A DNA stretch of 63,980 nt, filler included, from Chrysochromulina tobinii (lineage: Eukaryota), in the NCBI GenBank assembly GCA_001275005.1. It is 5 parts of 5 records of this genome, joined end to end, with 100 filler letters (N's around TTAATTAATTAA, not from the genome) between each part and the next. Parts side by side here need not be neighbours in the genome. Positions count along the whole stretch, not along the records: positions 21,507 to 41,668 come from JWZX01001195.1; positions 41,769 to 53,006 come from JWZX01001196.1; 3 more parts are not named here. One strand, given 5' to 3'. Of this stretch, positions 33,601 to 46,029 are shown one piece after another. The notes under the pieces were generated by a model that worked only from the letters and a program-made list of their open reading frames with translations, was not told the origin of the DNA and searched no databases. A program made the translations under genes and the position numbers. How positions within the stretch are numbered: position 1 is the first letter of the stretch; the number at the start of each line of letters is the position of its first letter.

Positions 33601-35995
33601 CCGGGAGATCGGTCCCAAAAGCTCCACCTCAATGTCCGGCTCGAGTGGCGTGGGCGTGCGATGCGCACACGCGAGCGTGAGACCTTCTGCATACGCCGCC
33701 GCCGCGTGCGCGTACCGCCCCTTCATAGCTTGCATGGAGCCCAGTGCCGAGAGGTTGAACAGGATCCTTCGCTGCTGCTCCTCGCACTGGGAGCGCTCGT
33801 CCTCGATGAGCTTGGCCAGGATGGCGCGCATCGAGAGCGGGTTGGCGAGCCCAAGGTGCTGCTGCCCGCTGCCCCCCCGCCGCCCTTTGATCCCGAAGGC
33901 GCCCAGCTGGGGGTGGCAGCACGCTTGGCGCAAGCGCAAGACGCCATTGAGGGAGAGCGCAGCGAGGGCGCGTTCGGCCGCAGCGGCCGCGTGGCCCGCC
34001 TTCACTGTGCCTACCTTGAGGTTCGCCTGCGTGTCGCGCAGTGCGAGCGCCTTCTGCGCCGAGGCGAGGCACTCTCGGTGTTGCTTCCCATAAAAGTGCC
34101 GTTCGATGGATGAGAGGGTCAGAGTGTGGAGCGTCTCGTGTATGGGCGGGATTTCGAGCTGCGCTTCGACAGCCTCTTTTGAATTGCGCCACATGACGCT
34201 GTGAAGCAGTGCCATCAGCCGACCCTCCGCCTCTTCGGGGCTCGTGCCCAGCGGGAGACGCCCCTCTGGGCCGCCGCTGCCATCGGCCGCGTGCGCTGCT
34301 GCTGGTGCTGGTGCTGCTGCTGCTGCTGCGCGGGAGGTAGCCGCGCCCGCACCGGCAGCGGTGCCAGCAGCGGTGCCGCCTCCCTTCCCGCCGCCCAGGG
34401 GCAGCTCGATCGCATGGCTCCACCACGCGCGCTCATTCCAGGGTGTCAGCCGCAGGAAAGCCATCAGCCCTTGCAGGTCGCCGAGCCGACCCCTTCCCAT
34501 GGGCGTCCCGCTCACGGCCCATCGGTTGATCGCGTGCAGCCGGCGCGCCATGGCAGCAGCCTTGGCGGTGCCGCTCTCGACCATCTGTGCTTCGTCGAGT
34601 ACCAGTCGCCACCACGTCAGACTGAGCAACGGCGAGACGGTGCGGCGCACGTCGTTCGCTGTGCCACGGCCACGAGGGTACAGGACGTGGACGTCGTCGT
34701 CGCCGCCGCCGCCATTGGGACGCGCTCGCATCTGCCGGCCCGCGACTTCTTGGGCGGACTCATCGGGCGCGTGGTCGAGCTCGGCGCGGAGCGTCTCGAA
34801 GGTCGTCAGCACGAGGTCACACGCGCCGAGGTGGGCGGGGTGCTGGCTCGCCAACCGACCAGGCCGTTTCCATCCCTCATGCAGCGCCTCGCGCAGCCCA
34901 CAGTACTTGACAACGCGCAGGGAGCCGCCGTGGACATGCTTAGCCACCTCATCGTGCCACTGGCCGAGGATGGCCGTGGGGCATACGAGCAGGGTGGCGC
35001 CGCACGCGCGCGGCTGGCGCTCACCCTCGCGGCACGCGCACACGAGGCAGCGGTACTCTCGCGCCGCCTCGGCCTCAGCGGCGCTGCCAAAGCCCGCGCA
35101 GCATGCATGCACCCACCGGCCGCACACGTCGCAGCTGACCCAGCTGCCATCGAAGTCGGTCGGCTGCCCCTGGCAGACGCACGGCAGCGAGTCGTCCGCG
35201 TCCGCCGGCGCTCCCTCGAGGCCCATGAGCTCAGAGGATGCCTCCGCGTCAGCAGCCCGAGGGTGGGCGAGCAGCAACGAGAGCACCTCGACCGACTTTC
35301 CCAGGCCCATCTCGTCCGCCAGGATGCCGCCACGCGTGCTGATCGGCAACACGGTGGGCGACGCCGGTGGCGGCGTCAGGCTCATCGCGCCGTTGGATGT
35401 ATTCCAGTAGATCGGCGTGCCGTCGTCGCTGTGAACGCACCTCCAGAGCACCTCGCTGCCCGGTAGGCACGGCGGCCGCGGTGAGGCCCTCGCGAGCTAG
35501 CATCCAGCCGAGTGCGTCGCGCTGGTATCCGCGTAGTACTGGGCGTAGCGAAGGAAGCTCTGGCAGCGGAGCCGATGGCCGCGCCGCTCGCGCGTCGACG
35601 AACTCACGCAGCCGGTCGTACACGTCGTCAGGCTCGAGTTCCGCCTGGCCTGCACCTCCGGCGCCGAACAGAGCGCACAGCAGAGCGTGGAGCGCACGAG
35701 CAACACGCCGGCGTGGTGGTGGCGTGTCGTCACTCGACGCACACTGAGCGAGTGCCTTGGAGAGGTCGAGGTGTACCTGCACTGGCAGTGGCGGCGGTTC
35801 GGGATCAGCGAAAGCAGCCTTCTTCCGCTTGCGAGCGCCCGCGGAGGAGGTGACCGTAGCGCTAGTGACGGTGACGGTGACGGTGATAATGCCAACAGTA
35901 GATAGCACCTCGACAGCGGAAGGAGGCAGCTTTGCAACCGTCGTGAAGACTTTGCAAGGCTCGGCAGTCGGACTCGCCTCGCTCGCGCTCGCCAT
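30640..35995 (-). CDS. SHPRH: SNF2 helicase-PHD-RING E3 ligase, SHPRH-like; apparent 1-nt frameshift near 35460
   Basis: LRGYQRDALGWM; GGILADEMGLGKS; PHD CVC...WVSCDVCGRWVHACC; LVLDEAQM; LRQACCHPQ; RING CPVC...CAHSLC...CPLCR; WGTKV, LIFSQW, QAIGRIHR. Confidence 0.88.
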
Positions 35996-36226
35996 TCGGA
36001 CCTTCCACAAAACGGCCTTTCGGGCTCTTTCGGTGTGAAATGCGTTCCTGAGTGTTCTCCTACCAGCCGAGTTTAGAAAATTCTGCGTGCTCGGTCGCTC
36101 CGTGATGAAATCCTTCGGGGCCGGGCGGATTGTCGACGCGCCCGAGGGCCACCAACACGTGGAGTCACCCTAGGAAGACGCTGTTGGGTGGGGTTTGCGA
36201 TCGCTCGTGGTTGACCGAACGCTCGA

Positions 36227-37156
36227 ATGTTCATGCTCTCGACGGGACTGCAGCGTCTCTCTCCGCTGTTCAGGCGTAGCATGTCCACATCTCTACCATC
36301 GCAGCCAGACTTGAGAGTCGTTGCCGCAGCCGGTCTGGTAGGCGGCGGCTTCGGCGGGCTCGTTGGCCTCGGCGGTGGCGCGATCATGGTCCCGATGATG
36401 TCGAGCTGGGCCCGAATGACGCAGCATCAGGCGGTGGGTACTTCATCAGCTGCCGTGGCGAGCGTAGGGACATCGGGAATGCTCTCCTTTGGGAGTGCGG
36501 GCGCGGTTGATCTCATCGCCGCGGGCAGCCTAGCGTGCACCGCGCTGCTCACCGCGCGCGCGGGCGCGAAGATGACCGGGTGGTTCAACGCGGTGCAAAT
36601 GGCGCGCGCATTTGCTGTGTTCCAAATCGTCGTCGGGCCGTTGGTGCCGCTCAAGGGATTGATCGTTGGCAACAAGAAGGCCGCTGACGCGGAGGTGGCG
36701 GCCTCCGATCCATCCTCTTCGTCTCCGCCGCTACGACGCTTCGCCTCCTTCGCCGACGCTACGACGTTCGAGTCCGCCGGAGCTCGCACAAGCCAGCTGC
36801 TCAAGCTTGCGGCGACAGGCTGCGTGGCGGGCTTCGCCTCAGGCATGTTTGGCATCGGCGGCGGCGTCATCATCACGCCCGCGCTCTGTGTCCTCACCGA
36901 TATGCCCTACGCGATGGTGCTTGGCACGACACTCGCCAGCATGGTGCCGCCCGCGCTCGTGTCCGTGTACACGCACCACGGCATGGGCAATGTGGTCGCC
37001 TCGGCCGTCGTGCCACTCGTCATCGGATCGGCCCTCGGCTCATTTGCCAGCGGCCAGGTGGCGGTGCGCGTGCCCGAGGAGCCGCTGCAGTGGGTCTTTG
37101 CGATCGTCCTCTTCTCTCAGGGCGCTCTGAAGCTGTGGGCGCTACGGGGTAAATAG
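36227..37156 (+). CDS. TauE/SafE (TSUP) family membrane transporter with possible organellar presequence
   Basis: Duplicated GxxGxGGG motif (GGLVGLGGGAIMVP; SGMFGIGGGVIITP); AVGTS and VLGTTL. Confidence 0.88.
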   Translation: MFMLSTGLQRLSPLFRRSMSTSLPSQPDLRVVAAAGLVGGGFGGLVGLGGGAIMVPMMSSWARMTQHQAVGTSSAAVASVGTSGMLSFGSAGAVDLIAAGSLACTALLTARAGAKMTGWFNAVQMARAFAVFQIVVGPLVPLKGLIVGNKKAADAEVAASDPSSSSPPLRRFASFADATTFESAGARTSQLLKLAATGCVAGFASGMFGIGGGVIITPALCVLTDMPYAMVLGTTLASMVPPALVSVYTHHGMGNVVASAVVPLVIGSALGSFASGQVAVRVPEEPLQWVFAIVLFSQGALKLWALRGK

Positions 37157-37491
37157 GCGATTGCGCGTATGCTCTTTACCCCAACTGTTTACCCCAACTA
37201 CTGTGTAAAGAAAAAAACCCTATATAAACACTATATAGACTCTTGCGCTCACATGACGGAATTCACGAGACGGCGGCCCAGCGCGACACACGACACAGTC
37301 ACCCGCGGGTCGTAGCTCGTACTTGTACCCGGTGACTAACAAGTCGATTACCCGGTGACCACAGTCCGTGTGTCATCGCCTCAAACTGACCCAATCGGCT
37401 CGCCGAAAAGGACGGCTCCGGGCTAATTACTCACACATTTATCATCGAGACCCGCTTTCACAGGCACGCTTTCATCACGATCGACGGACGC

Positions 37492-39345
37492 ATGCGGCGT
37501 GTCCGCCTCGACACGTCCGCGCTCGATGGGCTGCGTGGTTTAGCGGCGTGGCACATCGCCCTCGGCCACTACGTCGCCAACTGCACCGGCACCGACACAT
37601 TCGCGCATGGCCTCGACCTCATGGGAGGCGCATCAATCCCTGCATTCTACACCGTCTCGGGCTTCGTGATGGTCTTCGGCTATGGCCAATCGCTCATCAG
37701 GCGAACGACGTGTGGTGCCTGCGACCTCGCGTGCTGCATGCCATGCGACTGCTGCTGCGGGTGCAACGAGCCCGAGCCGAGCGAGGGCATTCCATTCTTG
37801 ACCAAGGACTACGTGCGCAAGCGTCTCATGCGCCTTCTCCCAGTGTACTACCTTACCAATGCGGCGGCCTACTTTCTCATGATGGTGCGGTGCGGCTTCC
37901 ATGGTGCCGTGCCGTGCTCGGGCGTCGACTACCCGACGCCCAATGTCGTCGTGCAGGCCGTCCTCACCCTAACCCTGCTGACCAGCTGGACCAGCTGGCC
38001 GTTCACCTACTTCCGGCCATTCAACTTTGTCACGTGGACGATCTCGACGATGTTCTTCTTCTACCTGTGCTTCCCGGCGATCGTGCCGCGGCTGCAGCGC
38101 CTGCCCACCAAACGGCTCCATGGTTTCATGTGGTTCATGTTCTTGTTGCAGGTGGGCCTCTTTCTTATCATCTATGCTTCGCCGCTGCCATTTGGGCGCA
38201 AGCAGCTGCTCGACCCGATCACTTCGATAGCGATCCATCAGGCCAATCTGACCGACGCGTGGGATCAGACGAGCTACTGGGCCGCGCGCACCCTGCCACC
38301 GATCAGGCTTCCCGTGTTCGTCATGGGCTGCTGCGCCGCCTTCCAGCGCCTCGACATTGCCCATCGTGCCACCCTTGGTGGGGCAATCCCCGGACCGGAG
38401 CTCTCGACACGAGGCGGCTGGCGACGCAACGCGGGCGTGCTGGTCGCCATCTGGCTCGCCCTTGTGCTCGCGTCCATTGCGATCTACGAGTGCGTCGGCG
38501 CGGGCCTGTTTGGTTCTACAGAGCTGGGCGGTTTCATCTCGTACTATGACGTTCAGACGTGGCCGCGCGTCTTTCTCGAGCTTACAATGCCACTGGTCTT
38601 TTGCAATCTGATCGTGGTGCTTGCGCTCGACATGCCGGGCGCTGGCGAAGGCGCGCCGTCAGATGCGAGCCAAAAGCCCACCTCGAGGCGCTGCGACGTG
38701 CGCCTGCACCAGCTCACGATCTCCCTGTTCCACTCGAAACCTCTGCAATTCCTCGGAGAGATCTCGATGAGTTTCTACATGGTGCACACCCTCGTGCTGC
38801 AGGCGCTGCAGGAGCTCTTCTTCTCGCTTGGGTGGGGGGATGTGCCGCTCGCGTACCACGGCAAGTGCCCCGTCTGGCTCGCCCTCATCGGGATGCTCCT
38901 CTCGCTTCTTCTGGGCTGGATGATGACCGAGATCGTCGAGAAGCCGGTCGCACGCTGCCTCGTCAAGTGCACGAGCCAACGTGCCGTCCTGGGCGTCAAC
39001 GAGGGCCCCGTCTCTCCCCCCTTCGCCGCCCTCGAGCCCGACACACAGTGCCTCACGCAGGCTACCTCGAACCTCCGGCCTACAGGGACGCCTCCACGCT
39101 CCTTGGGCTCGCAGAGGAGTCATGACGTGGTGGGTGCCATGGCGTACCAGCAGAGCACACTGGAGCCGACCGTGCTGTCGGGTACCGAGGCCTCCCCGAA
39201 CCGAGTGCGACTCGTTCGCTCCTCGGTGCCCACCGACCCTGCTCAGGGCGGCGAGGGCACCCGTAGCCATGCTCGCAACGATGCGTGTGGCTACAGCATC
39301 ATTGAGTCCGTGCGGAGGCGCGATCGCGCAAATACCGCAATCTGA
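37492..39345 (+). CDS. Acyltransferase-3 family membrane O-acyltransferase
   Basis: LDGLRGLAA..IALGH; FYTVSGF; KRLMRLLPVYY; WTISTMFFFYL; FLGEISMSFYMVH; VEKP. Confidence 0.88.
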   Translation: MRRVRLDTSALDGLRGLAAWHIALGHYVANCTGTDTFAHGLDLMGGASIPAFYTVSGFVMVFGYGQSLIRRTTCGACDLACCMPCDCCCGCNEPEPSEGIPFLTKDYVRKRLMRLLPVYYLTNAAAYFLMMVRCGFHGAVPCSGVDYPTPNVVVQAVLTLTLLTSWTSWPFTYFRPFNFVTWTISTMFFFYLCFPAIVPRLQRLPTKRLHGFMWFMFLLQVGLFLIIYASPLPFGRKQLLDPITSIAIHQANLTDAWDQTSYWAARTLPPIRLPVFVMGCCAAFQRLDIAHRATLGGAIPGPELSTRGGWRRNAGVLVAIWLALVLASIAIYECVGAGLFGSTELGGFISYYDVQTWPRVFLELTMPLVFCNLIVVLALDMPGAGEGAPSDASQKPTSRRCDVRLHQLTISLFHSKPLQFLGEISMSFYMVHTLVLQALQELFFSLGWGDVPLAYHGKCPVWLALIGMLLSLLLGWMMTEIVEKPVARCLVKCTSQRAVLGVNEGPVSPPFAALEPDTQCLTQATSNLRPTGTPPRSLGSQRSHDVVGAMAYQQSTLEPTVLSGTEASPNRVRLVRSSVPTDPAQGGEGTRSHARNDACGYSIIESVRRRDRANTAI

Positions 39346-39653
39346 ACCTCCACTCGCACCGACGGTCCGGCTTTCACGCTTTGTGTACACATCCACCTGC
39401 ATGGTAACCAGCAGCTGTAGGTTCGGTTCGGTCGTGCATGTTCGGTTGCTGGTCAGCGCCTTTCTTAGATCACGGACAACCGCACTTGACACGCTCTGGA
39501 TGTTGTGACAAGTGACTCTGGTGTCGTTGTTATGTGTAACCGACTAACAATCGACCTGGACCGCAGTCCGCACGGCACACGGCGGGCTCGTCCGGTCCCT
39601 CCCGCCTCCCCTTCCGCTGCCAGAAGTAGTCTGCCCGCTCTCTCTCTCTCACT

Positions 39654-40319
39654 TCAGCTCTCTCGCGCGCTCGCTATCAACAAGGAGGAGTGCGTCGAGC
39701 GAGAAACCCCAGAGCCGTCCCCGAGCTTCATGTCCGATGCGCGCGGGGCTGCCAAACAGCTCAGCGTCAGGTTCCAGACAAAGGACACCGCGACATTTGT
39801 TGTCACCTGATGCCGCACTGGCACGATGTAAAAGTTGGCGAAATTGAAGGGGGTGAAGATGACCCAGGAGGCCTTCAAAGAGGTCCAATACTCCCTGCTG
39901 GCCTTGCTGACGATTTCGTCCGCATTGCGCGAGTACGCAAAGCCAGTCCACGTATAGAAGAGCGGCAAGTACACGAAGGGACTCATGACCAGCAGGTCGA
40001 TCATTGTTTTGCTGACGACGCTGCGGAGGCCGTTTCTCTGTGGAAACCAACGCTCCAGGTTGTTGAAATGGGTGTGCAACAGCGGTCCATTCCAGAATGC
40101 TGCTAGTGATGTGATCGCAGCATTGCGTCGTCGGTCCACAGCGAACTGGGCGGGGCTGCTGTTGGATGAAGAGGTAGCAGCGCCGTACTGGCCACACAGG
40201 TACTCGCTGTACTGAGCTGCAAGATCGCCAAGGCAAGCGCTCGTGCCACTCACGATCGATTTGAGCGCTATCGGGCGGCGTGCCAAGAGGCCTTCGTACG
40301 CCGAGAAAGCCGTGAGCAT
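39654..40319 (-). CDS. Mpv17/PMP22 family membrane protein
   Basis: RPIALKSIVSG...GDLAAQ; GPLLH; KTMIDLL; SWVIFTPFNFANFYIVP; WNLTLS. Confidence 0.9.
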   Translation of the reverse strand: MLTAFSAYEGLLARRPIALKSIVSGTSACLGDLAAQYSEYLCGQYGAATSSSNSSPAQFAVDRRRNAAITSLAAFWNGPLLHTHFNNLERWFPQRNGLRSVVSKTMIDLLVMSPFVYLPLFYTWTGFAYSRNADEIVSKASREYWTSLKASWVIFTPFNFANFYIVPVRHQVTTNVAVSFVWNLTLSCLAAPRASDMKLGDGSGVSRSTHSSLLIASARES

Positions 40320-40544
40320 TCGCAGATATTCGTAAGGGAGATTCTGCGGATGCTCGCGACAAATTTGGACAAGTTTTCCAATCCGTAAAATCTCGCAGGT
40401 GGAAATGCAGACAGGCCGCCGGCTGTGAATTTAATTGGAGATAAACGGTGTTTCGCCCACGCATTGCATGCATATACATCTCGTTATGCTCCTCACTCGT
40501 TGCTTGACAGTTGCTTGAGACAAAGATGTGCGGCTGAGGCCTTG

Positions 40545-41668
40545 ATGCTCAGGCACCCATCTCATCGACTCTCGTGGGATCTTGAACATCTGGCTGCTGG
40601 CTGGCACTTTTTGCCAGCGCCGCGACCTTCACCTCCTCCACATTCTCCACCTCCAGCTCCTCGGCTCCCTCCAGCTCCTTCATCTCCTCCACATTCTCCA
40701 CCTCCCTGCGGTGTCCGTGAGACACATCATAACATGAACAGCTGGTACGAGACGCGATTTGCGAAAGAAGCCGACTGCTCGTCCTTCTGCCATGAGCAGT
40801 CGCCGCAGAGCACTTGGTGCCATTCGTTTCACTTCTCCACGGAGAGAGAGGGTACTTGTGAGCTCAACGATTGCCTTACGCCTCCCTTGCCGCCGATGCC
40901 CAGGCCGCCACCAGCGCCGCCGTCACCGCATCCATTTTTGCCACCACGACCGCCGCCGGCGCCACCGCCGCGCGTCCCGCCACCGCCCTCGCCATGTCCA
41001 CCTCCGCTCCAGCCGCCATCTCCTGAGTGGCCACCCACCCAAGCCGTTTCCTCCCCTCCATCTCCGCCATCTCCGCCACGGTTTTGGGCCGTATGCAGTG
41101 ACAGCTGCGGTGCCATCAACGACATCTGCCAGGACGGCGGCCCAAATGACAACAGCCACAGCTTTGGCCTACTGCAAGGGTACTGCTCATTGGGAACGGA
41201 CTGCACGGACTGCGGGGCGCGCTTCATTGCGCCGAGCCCGCCGGATTGGCCACCACCGCCCACGCCATCTCCCCCGCCGCCACCACCATCGCTATCGCCG
41301 TCGCCGCCGCCCGCGCTGTCGCAGTTGTCGCCCCCGCTGCCGCTGCAGCCGTCCGATGCGCTCGCGATAGTTCTCGAGCCTCTTGTGAACACCCTCAGCA
41401 CCAAGCTGAACGTAGCGGTGCCGCCGGCCACGCTTGCCCTCGGAGCTGGCATGGCCGTGGCTCTCTTGGCCGTTGGCGGAGCCTGCGGGCTATGGTGCTT
41501 CTGGATGGCGCAGTGCTGCAGCGGACGAGCCTCCCGACCGAAGCCAAGGCCGAAGGCGGCAGCGCGGGTGGTGGCGAGCAGCGTGCGCACTCGGCGCAGG
41601 GGCTCGAAGTACGAGTGGGTGGGCAGGGCCAATGAGGAGGAGGAGGAGGAGGAGGAGGAGGAGGAGGA
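40545..41668 (+). CDS. Proline-rich cell-surface protein with Cys modules and a TM helix (truncated at contig end)
   Basis: SPPP tracts; CSDSC...CQDGGP...CSLGTDCTDCG module; hydrophobic segment near the C-terminus. Confidence 0.65.
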
Positions 41669-41768
41669 NNNNNNNNNNNNNNNNNNNNNNNNNNNNNNNN
41701 NNNNNNNNNNNNTTAATTAATTAANNNNNNNNNNNNNNNNNNNNNNNNNNNNNNNNNNNNNNNNNNNN
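41669..41768. other. Artificial contig linker
   Basis: N44-TTAATTAATTAA-N44. Confidence 0.98.
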
Positions 41769-44700
41769 CGCTCGCGCCGCCGCCACCGCTTGCCCCGCCG
41801 CCGCCGCTCGCGCCGCCGCCGCTCGCGCCGCCGCCGCCGCTTGCGCCGCCGATGGCGCCGCCACCCATGGCATCCGGAGTGCAGCGCGCGCCGCCAGCCC
41901 CGCCCAGCCCACCTACTGGCGTGCCTCCACCGCCACCGCCACCCGCGCCACCGCCTGTGAATGCCAAGGCGCCGCCGCCACCCCCGCCGCCACCTCCGCC
42001 ACCGCCAGCGGGAACCAAGCCGGCAAGGAAGGACAAGGCGGTCGACGAAGCCAGCAGCTCAGTGGACGCGGCGGACGCGGACGCGGCGGAGGTGGGCGTG
42101 GAGCGGCGACGCCTGTTTTGGGTGCGCGTGCCCGATCGTCTCGTGGACACGACAGTGTACGGCACGCTCAGCGTGCGGATAGAGGAGGTGAGCGCGGCGG
42201 CAAGCGCGGCGGTCGAGGCGATGGTCACAGAGCACTTTGTGAGGGCCAAGGAGAAGCGAATGCTCACCGAGGCTGAGCGAGTGGGGCAGGAGGTGGGCGC
42301 CATTGGCGGCGTGCTCAAGGAAGGTTCCCTGACCTTCCTCGACCAGCGGCGGTTCAACAACCTCGCGATCGCCCTGACGCGTCTCGGGCTGCCGAACGCG
42401 ACCCTCCGAGAAGCGGTGCTCGCGGGAGACGAGCGTGTGCTCACTCCCGAGGTGGTGGAGCTGCTCGTGCCGTGCGCCCCCACCGCTGACGACATAGAGG
42501 CGATCGCGCCGTACGATGGCGACCCGGCGCTCCTCGCGCAGGTCGAGCGCTTCTTCTGGGAGGTGCACAAGGTACCCCACTTCACCAACCGGCTGCTCGC
42601 TCTCCGCGCGAAGCAGACGTACGCCGCGCAGGCGGCGCACGCGCAGAGGCTCCTCGAACAAGTCAACTGCGCGTGCAGCGCTGTGTTGGTCTCGGATGCC
42701 TTCGAGGTGCTGCTCGCCCTCGTGCTCGCGGCGGGCAATGCCATCAACCGCGGCACGGCGCGCGGCGGCGTGCGCGGCTACAAGCTCGACGTGCTCGTCA
42801 AGCTGGCCGACGTGAAATCGATGGCCGGCGGAGCCAAGGGGCGCGGCGCCACGCTGCTCCGGCTGCTCGTGGAACTAGCCGAGCGAGCTCTGCCGGAGAG
42901 CGCCGCGCGATGGACGGAGGATCTTGAGTGCGTCGGCCCCGCGAGCCGGATCTCATGGGATAGGATCACATCGGAGCTCGCGCAGATGAAGGCGAGCATC
43001 GAGCTGTGCCAGCGCGTGCACAAGGCAGTCAAGGCCAAAGCCAAGGACAGCGCGGCCGTCGACGCGTTCGGCGCGACCATCGGCCAATGGCTCGAGGGCG
43101 CCCAGCGGACGCTGGGCATGCAGCAGGAGAGCCTTAGGAGCACGCAGCGCCTCTTCCGCGCCGTGGCGCAGCGGCTGGGCGAGGACGCCTCGGGCGGCGT
43201 GGGCCCCGAGACACTCTTCAGTCTCCTCGAGCGTTTCCGGCACCAGTGGTGTGGAGCGAGTGCGGCGCTCGCGGACGCTTCCCAGCAAGCGGCTCGCGAA
43301 GTAGGGCGCGCACAGCGCAAGGCTGAGCGCGCTGCGGTGATCGAGGCTAAGAGGGCTGCGGCGCACGCGGCCGCCGCCGCCAGTGCCGCGGCACTTGGAG
43401 ACGGCGACACCTCCTCTGTACGGCCAGGCGCCCCCGGCCAACGCACCGCCGTGGGCAAGCTACACATTCGGCTCTCAACCAACAAGCGGTGCACCAGGGC
43501 GGGCGTGCGGGTGGCACGTGCGACGGGCGGCGGGAAGACGTGTGTGACGTGCGGTGCCGCCTTCGTCGGCTGGGGTCGAGCCTGCGCCCCATGCCGCAAG
43601 CCAGGCCCGTATGGTGCCCGAGACGGCGCCATCGGAGCGACGGGCGGCGGCGGCGGCGGCGGCGGCTCGGGCGGGCGACGGAGCCAAGGGCGATGCAAGC
43701 AAATTCCAGAGCGCCGAGGGGATCGAGCACTGCTTCGTGTGTGCGAAGCGATGCTACCCCGCCGAGCGATTCGTCGTGGGCGGCCGAGTCTTTCACCGCA
43801 AATCGCCTGGCCACCGCGGCTGCTTCCGGTGCACCCAGTGTGACGCGCCCCTGAACGAGGCGAACTTCTCGAACGCAGGCGACAAGATGTACTGCAACAC
43901 GCACTTCCGACAACTCTTTGCCACCACGGGCGATTACCGCTTCGCGCTGGGCGACGCAGGGCGGCTTGGGGCCACGGGTGGCGCCGCCGTTGCCGCGACC
44001 GCCACGACGGCCGCGACAGCGGACACGGCCACCGGCATGGCTGTCGTCAGGAATGGTCTCGAGACGGTTGAGTCGAGACCGTCTCGAAAGCTCCCTGAGC
44101 TCGTACCATCTCGAGACAGCTTTTTCGAGCTCAGGGAGCCTTCAGAACTCTTGTCGAGTCTAGCCACTAGTCTAGCCCCCACGGAGCCTTCAGTGGCGGC
44201 GCCGCGCGCCACGGCGACGGGCGGAGGTGCTGCAGCCGCGCCCGAGGAGGAGGAGGAGGAGGAGGAGGAGGACGGGGTGGAGGCCACGCATTACGTGTAT
44301 GGCGATCTGCGCATCCCCATCGCGATCGAGACCGCGTGGATGCGCGTGCGCGACCACGAGCATCCAAACAACTGGCTGCTCGTGGGGCCGTCCACGCACG
44401 ACGCCAACCAAGTGGAGCTCATCGGCGAAGGGGCGGGTGGTCTCTCGGAGTGCCGGCAGCGGCTCGTCGAGTGCGGCGGTGCCACGCGGGTCGTGTACGG
44501 GGGGCTGCGCCTCGTTGCCGTCGATACACGCCGCGGCATCCGGAGCGAGCGACCCAAGTTCGTCTTTGTGATGGCCACTGGCGCCGACGTGCCCATCCGG
44601 GCGGCCACGCGCGGGATGCTCGAGCGCGGCGCCATCGCCGAGGTCCTGCAGCAGACGCACATCTCCTTCGAGGTGGAGGGCGTCGACGAACTTACGGCAC

Positions 44701-44798
44701 AGACGATCGCGGCCAAGCTGCTGCACAGTGGCGGCGCCCACAAGCCGAATGCATTCGACTTTGGCGGCGGCCAGGTGCTTGAAGAGGAGTGGTACTGA
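41769..44798 (+). CDS. Formin (FH1-FH2) with CxxC finger, LIM and ADF-H/coactosin-like domain; 5'-truncated; apparent 1-nt frameshift near 43672
   Basis: Poly-Pro FH1; LFW, LDQRRFNNLAIAL, LAAGNAINRG, GYKLDVLVKLADVKS; LIM CFVC...FH...CFRCTQC...YCNTH; ADF-H NWLLVG...GAGGL...KFVFV. Confidence 0.82.
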
Positions 44799-45042
44799 CA
44801 CGTCACTAAGCTCTAAGGCCATTTTCAATGAGATAAATTAAGACCTTTAAGAGCGAGGGGGGGCGTGCTGGTCGTATCGTCTCGATTTTTTTCTCTGACG
44901 GGGACCCGCTAGCTCGAAGCTGCAGCATTTTCTTGTTCAGAACTCCTCTGATTTTAACAACCAATTTAACAGCCCCGTTGGTTAATTTCACACACGAAGG
45001 AAGTCGCGCGTCCGGAACAACACCGCGGACCATCGGACGTGA

Positions 45043-45630
45043 ATGTCGGTCCACGACAAGATCGTCAAGCTCGTCTTCATCCGCATCGACGGCCAAGAGG
45101 GCGCACGCAAGACGGTGGTGCCGCTGGTAGAGGGCTGCGACTTCGATCAGTTCCTCAGCCGCCTACGCCGTCGCCTTGGGATTCGAGAAGATGTGGCCGT
45201 CAGCCTGAATGATGCGGCAAGCGGTCCGGTCGATTCGATCGACCGCCTGCTCGAGGTGGACGAGAGCGCCACGCTCGATGTGCATGCGCCAGACGCCGTT
45301 CTGCCGTCACCGGTGCCCGCGACGCCTTCGGGCATGAGGCCCTCTGCCAGCACCCCGAGCAGCAGGGGAGCAGCCAGCCAGCGTGCGCCACACAGCGTTG
45401 CCGGCGGCGGCAGCAGTGGCGGCGCGGCGCCCAGCATCCGCGAGTGCCGGGTCGACGTGCCCACGTCCGAGTGGACGCGCGCTGGCGACCGCGAGGGTGA
45501 TGAATCGGGCGCTCTCAAGTACCGCAAGCGCAGGCGCGACTTTGTAAGCCTCGCACGTAGCCGCTACGGCGTGATAGCCCTGGTCATCCTTGGCGGTCTC
45601 GCATTGGGCGCAATGCACGCGCTCTCCTGA
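45043..45630 (+). CDS. Small tail-anchored protein with N-terminal globular (possibly ubiquitin/PB1-like) domain
   Basis: ATG ORF with biased codon usage; C-terminal hydrophobic helix GVIALVILGGLALGAM. Confidence 0.6.
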   Translation: MSVHDKIVKLVFIRIDGQEGARKTVVPLVEGCDFDQFLSRLRRRLGIREDVAVSLNDAASGPVDSIDRLLEVDESATLDVHAPDAVLPSPVPATPSGMRPSASTPSSRGAASQRAPHSVAGGGSSGGAAPSIRECRVDVPTSEWTRAGDREGDESGALKYRKRRRDFVSLARSRYGVIALVILGGLALGAMHALS

Positions 45631-46029
45631 ACGTGATGATGTGCGACATTTGTGTTCACAGTCTCGCCCCGGACGCGCACCTCGCGTCCGCGCGTTGTGT
45701 TGAGGGCAAGTACCTCCGCAAGGCCGGCTGTGCTGCATGCGGCTGTGTCGTTTGTCTGTCAGTGTCGTGTTTCAGATCAGTGATTCACAGATCGCGGACC
45801 CGTGTTGACAATGAACTCATGCTTTGCACGTTCACAGGGGCCTAGATCCACACATCAAGCAATGACATCAAGCTGAAGCTCGAGGTACCGCTACCGGGGG
45901 CCGGCCGCTCCTCCAAAACCCATGCTCCTACCTCCAGACCCACCCCAGACGCAACGGGCCGCGGGGCGCTTTACCGCTTAGCCCGCCCGACGCCTTGAAA
46001 AGGCGCTACTTGGCCTACTTCATTCGGAT

